Both the position numbers and the translations under genes were made by a program. Positions 40,001 to 51,800 of a stretch of 64,000 bases of DNA are shown here, one piece after another. This DNA is from Podarcis melisellensis (lineage: Eukaryota). The notes below the pieces were generated by a model. The model saw nothing but the letters and a program-made list of their open reading frames with translations. It did not search any database and was not told the origin of the DNA. The DNA lies in the NCBI GenBank assembly GCA_964234715.1, contig OZ174283.1; one strand, written 5' to 3'. The first letter of the stretch is position 1, and the number at the start of each line of letters is the position of its first letter.

Positions 40001-40222
40001 GATTTCTCCACTCTTACCACTACTACCACTGAGGAGATATTTAGAAGATATATATTCATGAAAATGCAGCCTATAAGGTTGTAGGAAGCTGCAGGCATTG
40101 TTGATTAGCACAGCAGGTAGTATCCCAAAGCTCAGACTTACAATTTGGTTCCTGCTTGAGTGTAAAGAAAAAGTGTGCACGAAAAAGAATTGTAAAATTA
40201 CTGAGAGGTGTATAGAGCTGGT

Positions 40223-40385
40223 GGGGAAGTCTTGTAAGCTCAGTGAATGAGCATATGTTCTGCATGCAAAAGGTCTCAGGCTCAATTTCCAGCATATCCA
40301 GGTAGCACCAGGAAATTCTCCTGTCCAGAAGAGCCAGCAATAGCCAGTTTAGACAAGTGGTCTGATTCAGTATAAGGCAGCTTTG
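40223..40385 (+). mobile_element. Squam3-like SINE
   Basis: gtaagctcagtgaatgagcatatgttctgcatgcaaaaggtctcaggctcaat...tggtctgattcagtataaggcagct. Confidence 0.75.
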
Positions 40386-43300
40386 TTTATTCTTTCCTGG
40401 AGGGTTCTTAACAACAAAAACACACTGCAGATTGACTTCATAGAAGATTTGAAATTGCAGTTGATTCTTCTGTTTGGATAAATTCCTCCCAGTTCTTTTT
40501 TCATCTTCTAAATTTATGTTTTCTGGGAATTAGGTAATGGTGTGATTGTTTTGTCAAATTTCCCTAGCCTCTGTAATTTTGCAGCTCTAAGATAGTGTGG
40601 GATTCTTCTAAGAATATGTTAGATTTATGATGTGATGATTTTCATCCGCAAAAGCATTATTACACCTGATACTCAAATCCCAGATATTGTATTTGCAGGT
40701 AATTACTGGAAAAATTACACTGTACTCACTTTAGGGAGCAGAAGTATTCTGAGTTATAATTTCAGATATTGAAGTTCATACAGAGAATGCTGACTGAAGG
40801 CAACCTTTTTCTGCAACTGGTTTTGAATGTTATCTCTTCTATCCATTGAATAGGTGGTGAGGTTATGTAGCTTTTCATTCATTGTCCCTCTTCATAAATG
40901 GGCATTCATTAAAGCAGCATTGTCAGATGTTCATATATTTTGCTGTAGTCTTTTGTTGTTGTTGTTTCTAAGTTCTCCAGACAAAATTATGCTTGATTCT
41001 TCTATAAAAGACCTATTCAGGTAGTTTTGCTGTTGTATTTGCACAAGTCTTAACAATTAATATTATAAAGTTATCTTTTAGTTCTAAATAAGATAAATAT
41101 TTTCTGCTATTTAAAATTGTATATCTTTAAAGATCAATGCCATGTAGGACAAAAAACAGCATGCTGTTTACTCACATTGAATGAAATGTAATAAATCAAA
41201 TCAAATCAGTTTATAGTCTCTGTTCTTTGATAGCTACAGAGATAAGGTTTCATTCATACCATTCACATTTCTGCTTAGCAAGCAAAAGAAATTATTGCAT
41301 CTTATTCTTGAGGTTTAGCACTTGTGTTACAAAATGCCTGTGGCTTACAGAAACACTATTATGGCCCAGTTCATTATGTTACCATGATTTGGTTCAACCT
41401 CAGTAATGTATGGAAGCTAAGATGATATGGAGCATTCTCATCATGCCATTATTACCCTTGGGAATTCCCACATTATATGAACATCCATAGGTTACCAGAG
41501 TGTTGTAGAGTCAGACAATAGCTCAGAAATTTTAGAAAGAAAAATTGTATTTTTGATCCCCTCATGGTTACAGGATAAGCTTAATAATATGGTAAATAAT
41601 TTCCAGTGTGGACTTCAGTACTAAGTGCTATTTAGTGTAGTGTTTGAGAAAACCATCAATCATTTTTATATGTTTCAAACTTTGTGTGTGTGTGTGTGTC
41701 TTTGAATTTCCAACGCAAAACCAAAATAATTTAAAATAGTTTAAAATTCTGTTCCATATTGTGCCAGCTGCACAAGTAAAAAAATCATTTTGTGTGGAAG
41801 AAGCTGCTTTAGAAAGTGCCATCCATGTCAAATAGTTACATAGGATGTGCTTGACCAAAATGAAGCTCATTTGGTCCAACATCCTGTTTGCCACAGTGGG
41901 TAAGCAGATTCTTCTAGGATGCTTGTGAGCAAAACATAAGGGCTGAATAGCTTTCCAGCAGTTGCATTCAGAGGTGTCCTTTCCCTGAAAATTGAAGTAT
42001 TTCATGACTAGTTTTGATTAGGTAGAAGCAAAATCTGTAGCAAATACACTGTCTAGTTTAAACATAATACCAAACTCTATTTGGGTGAAACATGAGCAAG
42101 TCACTAGTGGATTGAGCAATGGGTACCTACCCTCAGAAAATGCAGGAGGAGTATTTGCTTTGTGGGCTTCTCCACCACCACTATTTAGAACATAGGAATA
42201 CATTCCCATCCCTTCTAAAAGTAATCCGAGAATATCCTAAATAAAAATTATGATATAAATTTAGACAGGTAGACAGTTAGAACTACAAATGTTCATTTGA
42301 CAGCCTAAGCATTTTCTCTCCTTTTATTAGTGTACATATGTGAAAGCCGCCATCCAAATATTAATTCAGTAAGGGAAATTTCCTGTTTGGAAAGGTTTAC
42401 TTTTGCCTGAAATGTGTCCTCTCCCTACCCCCACCCCCTTCTGAGAAGAATACATCACTACAATTTTATATTCAGGCTTTTAGCAGAGTCCGTCAAAATC
42501 TGTTATGATCTCCTGATAATGTACAGCCACTGACTTGCTCTGTCTAATGCAGGCATTGTCTGACAGAGTTATAGCATCACTGTGGGCCACTTGATTGTTG
42601 TGGCTTGAAGGAGTATTTTCTTTGTAGCAGCATCAGCATGAACTGCCTTGCACCTGAGCCATAAGGCGGACACTATGAAATTGATGTGATAAACTAATTC
42701 ATGGATAAAATTGCTTTTGAAAACCATTTAAAAAAAAGAAGAATTGAAGTCGCTATCTAATACTGAAGATAAAATGCTGCAAAGTTGTGCTGCTCTGTAG
42801 CATAATTAAAATGTGGCAAGGCATTTTCTGTTTCCAAGTATTAAAGGCTCAGTCTTTTATTTTATTTTCCATTCTGTACTGCCTGAATTGCATACATTTT
42901 AGTAACTTTTACTAATTCTCCTAATAGCGAAAGCTTGTTCATGCATGTATCACAGTGCCTGGTACATTTGCCAGTCGAATGCAGCAAGCTCTGAGGTAGT
43001 GTTAATATCTGTCTTCCAGCCTGTAAGACTGACCTACATAGTATTACGACATCCAAGGATACATCACCTTTACGTAATGAAAATTATATATTTCTTTCTC
43101 TTAGTCTTGATGTCTACCTTATAAGATGGAAGCTATCCATTTTTAGTTAATAGGGTCAAGGTTTAAAAAACGTACGATTTATAGCATTGTGATAGCGACT
43201 CCAACCTTCCTGCTTTGTTTGTGTTTTAACTCTCCAAAGGATGGCAGTCTGTCTAAAACTGATCACTTTTCAGTCAGTGGGAGAGTTAAGTATGTTGTGG

Positions 43301-43466
43301 GAGAGTTAAGTACGTTATGTATAGTAGACTTCTGCCCTGAAACAAACACTAGTTCAAAATGTCTATCATTGGCTGGATCCAGTGTTGTTTCTTTATCGCA
43401 TTTCTCTTTTGCATTCCCCCTACTTCAAGCCCCCAAGCAACTAACAAGAGGCCCTTAGTACAGATA

Positions 43467-43613
43467 CAGCCGTACCTCTTGTTACGTCAGTCTCCGGTTG
43501 CATTTTTTCAGGATACAAAAGCGTGTGCGCAGAAGCGGCAGTCTAGTTGCAGATTTTTCGGGGTGCAAACCGCACCCCAGAATGGATCAAGCCCGTAACT
43601 AGAGGTACCACTG
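43467..43613. mobile_element. Tc1/mariner (Tigger/pogo-like) MITE
   Basis: TA|cagccgtacctcttgttacg ... cgtaactagaggtaccactg|TA: imperfect ~20-bp TIRs with TA TSD. Confidence 0.85.
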
Positions 43614-44949
43614 TACTGGGTTTTAATAGTCTCCTCTTCCCCTTTTCTGCATTGTCCACAATCTCTTCCTATACCGCCCCCCCTCCCGAGAGAACTATTA
43701 GGAAACCACTCCAAAACGGCTGCCCTTCAGATTTGCTGCTAAGCAGTAGCAAAATAAATTATACTACTTTATCAGTTTCGCCACCAGTACTATTTTGCAG
43801 AGCCAAAAGGTTAGTCATACTCTGCATAGGAATGTCTTCCCCGTATGCCCTCAGAGTGGTTGGAGCTGCTGCTAATTGTCACGTTGGTCCAAAATAAAAT
43901 ATCTGTTGTTAATGATTTAATTACAGTTGAGGATGATGGCCTGGTTTATATTACCAAGACCCGGATTTTGTATTGAGAACTCCTAGGTGGTTCTCATCAG
44001 AGTGCAATGAAAGCAGAACTGGAAATACAGTACAGAACATTACAATAATAAATGACGCCAAGCATGATGAATTTAGGATTATTATTATTTTTACAATTGC
44101 TTAGACATGAGTAACAGTAAGTTGTTTGTTTTACTTTCCACTTAACTGAAAGGAGTCCTGTGATGCCATGTCATCCCATGAATTTAGGTACTTAAATCAG
44201 AAGCATAAACTTACAATCATGCATACTGATGACCTCTGGAGATTTGGAATTAGGAGACAAGGAAAACTTAAAGAAGTGGAAGATTCTTGCTTTGTTCTTA
44301 TTTTAATTAACAACACAATAAACCTTTTAATAGTGGCAAATGCCAAACCCTTTATTGAAATTAACCACAGAAAACAAATGAGATAAGACAGTATATGGTT
44401 ACATATTCATTCTGTATATAGCTGCTTAAAGAAATATTTCGTGCCATATTGAAAATACAATTTTGTACATCTTATGTGAGATTAAGTTCTTGGGGGCAAA
44501 TGCTGAAAGATTTAACATTATAGCCCTGATCACGTATTCATGCTGCCGTGAGCTAGCAACCTACTCTGTCCCCAAACATAATATAGTTCTGTTCATTGCG
44601 GATCACCTCTTGGGACATTGAGGAAGAGGATGTCTGTACGTATCCAATCCCTAGGCCCTAGACAAGTGAACTGTAACCAGAGATTACAGTGCTCTAAATA
44701 TATGTGTGGTGCTGTGCTACAAGGGAGCAGCAAGCAGCAGTCGTTCCAGATGCCAGAGGTTACATTTTCACAACAGATGTATGCAGGCACAAGACTAAAT
44801 CCTAGAAAGCACTTCTGTTTACATAAGAATTACCTCTGGACCAGGACAGTGGAAATCAGTAAAAAACAGGAAAGAGGAATATATTAATACATAATAGTTG
44901 ATATCTGAATAAATTAAACTTTGAAAAAGGTACAACATTGCCTTTTTGT

Positions 44950-45600
44950 TGTTGGGGAAAATGTTGGAAAAGTAAAGAAACAGTTGGTACATTCTATCAT
45001 TTATGGTGGTCATGTAGGATAACAAAAAAGGAAAAAAAAATGGACATGGTGTATAATAAATTTAAGAAAATGTTTAGAATAATGTCCCCCCAAAATCCAG
45101 AAGCTTTTCTTCTGTGAATAGTAATGACAGAAATCCCCCCAAAAACACAAATTGCCTTATGGATGTATGTGACAACAGCCACTCGAATTTTATTTCTCCC
45201 CAAATGGAGAACAGATACAGTACCATCAAGAGAAGAATGGCATCTCAAAATAATAGATTACATAGAACTAGCTAGTATGACAGATAAAGAAATAAGAGCC
45301 TGAAAGAGGATTGGATATTACATACGGATTATATGTTAAAATATAACAATAAAATAATCGTAACAGGCTGAAAAAATACTCAGCAGTAGTTATAATATGA
45401 TATTATGTAAGGTAATGAAAATAATTTAGTAAAGAAAACACAGTTAAAAGGATAGTAGATAGTAAACCATGGAAAGAGTGGAAGGGAAGTATAATTTAAG
45501 ACATAGAGGATTTAAATAATCTTGGAAGAATTTAGATACGTTGTTATTACTGTCATACGTTTGTTTTATACCTATGCTATCTTTTGTCTATGTTATGTAT
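44950..45600 (+). mobile_element. L1 LINE 3' fragment (ORF2 C-terminal Cys/His domain plus 3' UTR)
   Basis: Translation GKCWKSKETVGTFYHLWWSC...PEAFLL...TTATRILFLPKWRTDTVPSREEWHLKIIDYIELA resembles the squamate L1 ORF2 C-terminus; contains frameshifts and stops. Confidence 0.85.
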
Positions 45601-47344
45601 GACTGTAAACATAGCAAGTGTTGATGCCGAGATATAACAGAGTTCTTTGTATCTTAGGTATAGTATTTTGTTATCAGTGTGAATGTTTCTACCTGCCCCA
45701 CTAGCAGTTCACAGTGTTCTGTTGGCAGTGTAGCCATTTAGACCTGAAAGTTATGGATGTCATACTGCACAGTAATTTATTTGGACCAGCTAACCATACC
45801 AAGCAACCTCTGTTTGGTTGTTTGCAAAGAAGTTTCTGTGCTTTCTTTCATGGAAGATATGCAGATGCACACTCAAGTGCTGCACAAATGGTTGCAGAAT
45901 CTTCAATGCAGGACAACAAACTGCTGCTAGGAAATAAATAGGGAATGAATGAACTGGCTGTAAAGGGATTCTCTGAATTGTGTCCATGATTGCTATAATA
46001 AGATACTCAGTGTGGTATCAGTGTTAATTATTAAGTGGAAACAATAATATGTGATTGATGGATTGCCTAAAAAAATAAAAAGGGACAGTTATAACCAGTT
46101 TTGATGCTACATCTGCTAGAAAAATTATTTCCTTTGGAACGATTAAGGTAATGCTCCAGCCATAAAAATACTTACTTTGGCAGCCTTCTTTGAACTCCAC
46201 AGTCCTATTCAGTGAATATTCTAGGCCTTTCTAAAGCAGAATCACAGCTATTTTACTTACGGTAAAATTACACATGATTCAATCAAATATGGATCTTAAG
46301 AAAGACTCAGATGTAGGTTTTTCCTATTAGATTTCTCCCATCTTTTAAATGTAGTTTACCTTTTAGTTCTAAAATGAACTAGTGCTGTTTGAATTGTTGG
46401 TTTCCTAACACAGATCCTTTATGCCATAAAAATATCACAAGCAGATGCTGTAACAGGATTTGACACTTTTAGCATAACGCATTATACGTAAGAATGACAG
46501 CACGCAATAGTTTATTCTTTCAAGCAATTTTTCTAGAGGAATATAGCAATAAAATATGTTTCCACTGGAATAAATACATGAACCATTGCAGATTATTTTT
46601 TTAAAAAAGCTTTGTACTCTTCAGGACTGATACTATATTTTACAGTGAGCCAGAAATACTCAGTTGAAATAACTGTAAGTCATCAGTGTGTTGGTGATTG
46701 CTTGTACCAGCATTTTGTATTTGTTTCTTCTTTCGCCAGTCGTTGTGCTCTTGTACCATATGGATTATTCGCATGTATAAAACACTTATTTTAAAACTAG
46801 ATCAGTATATATATCTCAGTTGCTGTTGCTGTTATAGTCTGTGGCTGTACAGCACAATGCTATGCATGTTTACTGGAAAGAAAATCTCACTGTGTTTATG
46901 GTCATACTTCCAAGTAAGCAATCCTGTATAAAAGAAGCTGGCATAAAGCAAGCCAATCTAATTTAAGATGGCATAAGGTAACATCAAATAACTCTCTTTG
47001 GCAGCGTGGCTACTACCAGCTGAGGCGGCCAGAGCCTGGCAGAGGGAAACAAGTCTTTCAAATGCTGCCTGAGTTACACCACCCTTTTTGTTGATTTAAC
47101 TTACGACAGATTGCCAGATCACATCATGTAGCTGAATGGACTTAATTTCCACCCTAAATTCCTCATCTTTGGTCCCACCTCATTTCTAGAACATGCCCTT
47201 TTCAGGGCTAGTGCTGGCTTAAGATCCATTGGCTTTGGCTCAGCCAGCTGGGTTCCAGCTGAGCTGAAACAGCAGAGATATGCCAGCATAGCCCAGCTGT
47301 GCCAGGAACCACTTGGCTCAACCAGAGATCCACTGATCCTAACC

Positions 47345-47479
47345 CAGGCTTCCTCAACCTCGGCCCTCCAGATGTTTTGAGACTACAATTCTCAGCATCC
47401 CTGACCACTGGTCCTGCTAGCTAGGGATCATGGGAGTTGTAGGCGAAAAACATCTGGTGAGCCGAGGTTAAGATCCCTG
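47345..47479. mobile_element. hAT-type palindromic MITE
   Basis: caggcttcctcaacctcggccctccagatg...gggatcatgggagttgtagg...catctggtgagccgaggtt; right TIR damaged. Confidence 0.8.
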
Positions 47480-47545
47480 CAGATCTTGCTATAGGATTGC
47501 TTCCAAAGTGTGTCTAGGATTGTAGCCTTACTGCACAATCCTAAA

Positions 47546-47727
47546 ACAGAAGTTTCCAGACCCTTCTATAGAAGGGTCTGGAAACTTCTGTTTCAGTGTA
47601 TCTGAAGAAGTGTGCATGCACACGAAAGCTCATACCAAGAACTAACTTAGTTGGTCTTTAAGGTGCTACTGGAAGGAAAAAAAAATTTGTTTTGACTATG
47701 GCAGACCAACACGGCTACCTATCTGTA
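47546..47727 (+). mobile_element. Penelope-like retroelement 3' pseudo-LTR insert with 5' fold-back palindrome
   Basis: TSD actgcacaatcctaaa at 47530-47545 and 47728-47743. Perfect 50-bp palindrome at 47544-47593, a hammerhead core, and the tail ggcagaccaacacggctacc shared with the 62980-63177 copy. Confidence 0.8.
47598..47635 (+). ncRNA. Minimal type I hammerhead ribozyme (PLE-associated)
   Basis: Helix I GUAU(47598-47601)/AUAC(47632-47635); CUGAAGA 47602-47608; stem II GUGUGC-AU-GCACAC; GAAA 47624-47627; palindromic AGCU in place of helix III; NUH = CUC with predicted cleavage after 47631. Confidence 0.8.
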
Positions 47728-47740
47728 ACTGCACAATCCT

Positions 47741-47811
47741 AAACATAATTAAAAAATTTCCTTCCAGTAGCACCTTAGAGACCAACTAAGTTTGTTATTG
47801 GTATGAGCTTT
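47741..47811 (-). mobile_element. Inverted fragment of the same Penelope-like pseudo-LTR
   Basis: ccttccagtagcaccttagagaccaactaagtttgttattggtatgagcttt is the near reverse complement of 47625-47676. Confidence 0.85.
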
Positions 47812-48630
47812 GCTCAAGAGGAAGTCACACAACCGTTCTGTAAAAACCTGTGTCTCGATATAGTTGCATAGGACTGCTGCTTAGTTTGTTTTAGCTTGTT
47901 TTTAATATTTGGCTGCAGTTTCTTTTAGTTATCATATTTGTCTATTTAAAATATCTACTAATGTAAAACTGTCTTGAATCCCTCTCAAGATTGTCACCAA
48001 ATTCATTGTACTAGCCATGGGTCTTGATAACTTGAAAAGAAAAATCAATGTAAAACTTCCAACACAGAAACAATGAAATAATGATAAAGAATATAACAAA
48101 AGTTTTAAATACTGTGTACTCAAATAGTTAACCCTGTGCAAAAAAAATCCCCACAATTTGAGAAAAACTCTTTAACACTCCTACAGTGCTGCAGCGGCCT
48201 TTACATTAGAAGTTTTCTTGCAGCCCAAGTGTACAATGCTTATTTATATATCACAAATGGATAAATATATTCTAACATAAAACAGATAATTTGCTCAGAA
48301 TAGATTGTTAAACTGGACAAGATTTTGTCAAAGAAAAATTACTTGGTTCGTCATTTCAAGGATATTTCATTACATAATAGATTACATTCTCTGCCTACTT
48401 CATATTACAGATGCAAATACATTGGGAGACAGGTTTCTGTTTGTATCTGCCATCCAGCAAAGCACAATCTTTAGGTGTAGTCCTAGAATAGTCCTGCGTA
48501 GAGGAACAATGGCCAGTTCAATATATATATACTTCTCTAGATATAATTCTCTAGAAAGGTAGGACATTATCTCTTTATCAATCAATGAAGCAATTATCTG
48601 TTTGAATGTAGATTACTGCATATGAGGGTA

Positions 48631-48857
48631 CAGTGGTACCCCAGGTTACATACGCTTCAGGTTACAGACTCCGCTAACCCAGAAATAGTGCTTCAGGTTA
48701 AGAACTTTGCTTCAGGATGAGAATAGAAATCATGCTCCAGCGGCACAGCAGCAGGAGGAGGCCCCATTAGCTAAAGTGGTGCTTCAGGTTAAGAACAGTT
48801 TCAGGTTGAGAACGGACCTCCAGAACGAATTTAAGTACTTAACCTGAGGTACCACTG
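48631..48857. mobile_element. Tc1/mariner (Tigger-like) MITE
   Basis: TA|cagtggtaccccaggtta ... taacctgaggtaccactg|TA, with internal repeated cttcaggtta units. Confidence 0.9.
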
Positions 48858-51800
48858 TATTATCAATTTGTGATAATGTAAAACAGCCATATTTTCCCTT
48901 TTGGAAAATCTCCAGAATTATTTAAATAATACCAGGATTATTTAAATAATACCACTTTTTATGTTTAAAAGTCTACACACCTTGGTATGTAGATTCCTGC
49001 ATGTGTTCAGAATAGATCACATTAAAAGGGTTGTTCTCCCCAACTGTTAGGACTGTTTCCTTTTGGTGGAAAATTTTCAGAGTGATTTAGTATATGCATC
49101 AATGAGAAAAGCTAGTTGTAGCAATTCAGAGCATGCATTCCACTTTATGAAAGGGAATTGTAAAAATCCTTTAAAAATGACATTTGAAATAGCATTAAAA
49201 TACAATTTCCCTCTGATAAGGTTTTAAGGCATTCATATGAAAAATTATACCACCCAGAAAGGGTTTGTGTCATCGTAATGCAATGTTGTGTTGCTCATAA
49301 GTGGCATTAATCCATTAAGACTGCAATAATATTTTATTGTTAACTGTCATTAGATAAAATTATATATATCGGTTCATTCATTTGGTTTGCTGAAGTGCAA
49401 TAATCTGTGTAATGATAAGAATTAGTAAACTGTTGTGAAGATGTTTTTTCAGATCAGATAATATATTCATCGGATGCTAAATAAACCTTTTAATAGATTG
49501 TGATAATTTTGAGCTACTCAGCAAAATTGATTTGTAAATTATTTAAGAATATTTGACACCCTGGTTCCTCGGTCCTAAATACCTCAACATAATTTATATT
49601 TTAATAAGGAATATTTAGTATTGTTATTGATATTAACAATAAATTATGGGAAACTAGAAACAGGAATCATGATCCTAAACTAATCTAAAAGAGCATATAT
49701 GTTAGGCCTGTATAGGCAAATAATTTATTCAAAGCTTGTCTCGATCTATATAGTCTAATAAAAGAATTAACCCATTTAAATTAAATTATAAATACAAAAT
49801 TCCAAAATTCCTGTTATGATAGGCTAAACAACGGCATAAAATTCTGAGTTTAGGTTACTATTGCACCCTAACCCTATTCCAAAATAAATGATTTCTCAAG
49901 ATTTGCAGTTTAACCCAGACTAGTATGTTAAACTTCACTTCCACATTATTCAGTTTCACTATCAATCATGGATCATATCCCAGATGATTAGAAATTTATC
50001 AGTGTTGTGGGCATCTTTACTGGGATACTAGAGGGTCTCCGAAAGGCCTTGCAATGCATACTTGCCCTTCTGTGTTTTGCAAATGATGTCAAATAGTAGA
50101 AAGTTTACTGCAGATTCTCTTGAGAAGCTATTGTGCACCCAGCCCTTTTTTCTCATAGTCCACTTGACTGCTTCATTGAAGAAAACCTGTGTAAAGTCAT
50201 GCTATGATGACAAGCCTTCTGCCTATCAGCTTTCCCCTTTTAAAAGAAAAAACTTAATGGAAGATGTTCATAAGTGCTCATTCCATTCTGATGTGAATAT
50301 TCAGAAAGCTGTGAAGCTGCAAGTGGCAGCGTCTAATACTGTGTCTCATAATGCCTGAATAATTTTCCAGAGAATGATCGCTGCAGCTGCTGTGAGGATG
50401 TATATTTGTTTATTTTCCACCTTGGTCCTTCTGGAATGCTGACATAGCTAATCTGCCATGCACATAGGAGAGAATGGTTTCATATTCATAGCTCTCTGCC
50501 ATTCTTTCGAACAAACAGAATCGGAAGCCAAACCTTTGGACAATGTGTGCTACTGTAATCCCAGAGAGTTTATTTGAACTGACTCTTCCGAGCCTCTTTC
50601 TTGAGTGAAGAATCTGAAGTGTCTTCATGAGGAATTTGGAAAAAGAGAGGTAGAAGCTGTCCTTTGTGTTTTTTAACAGATGCTTGTGAGAGAAAAGGGG
50701 ATGGCATAGGCTGTCGGGGTGAGTTATAGAATGCATTTTGTGATCTTCCCCTGGTAGTACTGCTCATTATGTTAAACAGTGTAGCTCTTAAACCCTCTGT
50801 AGTTTTCATTTTATGTGCATTGGCCTTCATTTGCTGAAATGCTTCAAGTTCACAGCACTAAAGTCATTTTGAAAACAGGATGTAATTACAAAGGTTTCTT
50901 ATGCTTACCCACAGCTTTTTGGGACCAATGTAATTATCATTACATGGGGATACTGTAAATTGAATATCCCTTCCCTAATTACATTAAACTCAAGGGTTAG
51001 CTGCTTAAGCATCCAAATAAGAAAAGTTCACCCTTCGCTATAAATAGTAGAATTGTTCTGTTAGTTAAGTTGACCTTTAAAGCTCAGCATTTACATGATA
51101 TTGTCAGGTGTACATTATAAAGATAGCTTGTAATGAGATCTGTAATGAGTAACCCAGTTATAATGGCCTTTTCTAAAAGTTCATTTATTCAGCATTTTCT
51201 AACGGCATGATGAAATTAAAGTTTGAATCTGTGCATGTCAGGCCCTTTTAAGGGACCAGTCACACTGTTCTTAGTTTCGTGCTGTCCTGCCAACGGCTGG
51301 AATTAGTTTAACAATCCTGCCACAGCACAAAATTGACAAAAGTTACTATACATGTGATTAGTTAGTCCTGCCTATGTAAAGAAGAGTATTGAAAGGTTTA
51401 GTGTGTTCATTGATTTAGTGTTTTCTGTTCTTCTTTCTCCTCTGTGAATATATTCTCGTCTAGCTACATTTTGTGAAAAATAAAGTTGGAGGGTGTGAGT
51501 AGATGGAAGTGAATTCTCATAACTTTCGTGGTTGTGTCTGTACGTGTGTCCTAATCTATTTGTAGTTGTAAATGTATTTGCAGTTGTATTAGTTATATGT
51601 TTTGTCGCTGGAGGAAAAAGTTCTACTAAGTATTGATACTTGATGGATTTCTGCTTGTTTGCAAATAATCTACTATGGATTCAATAAAATACCATTCCAC
51701 TATTGAAACTCCCTTACCCCAACCCGCCAACACTTTTTACTGAATTCCCTTTATAAGCAATCACTTGAAAATGACAACCTGCTTATGTTGGACAAATCGG

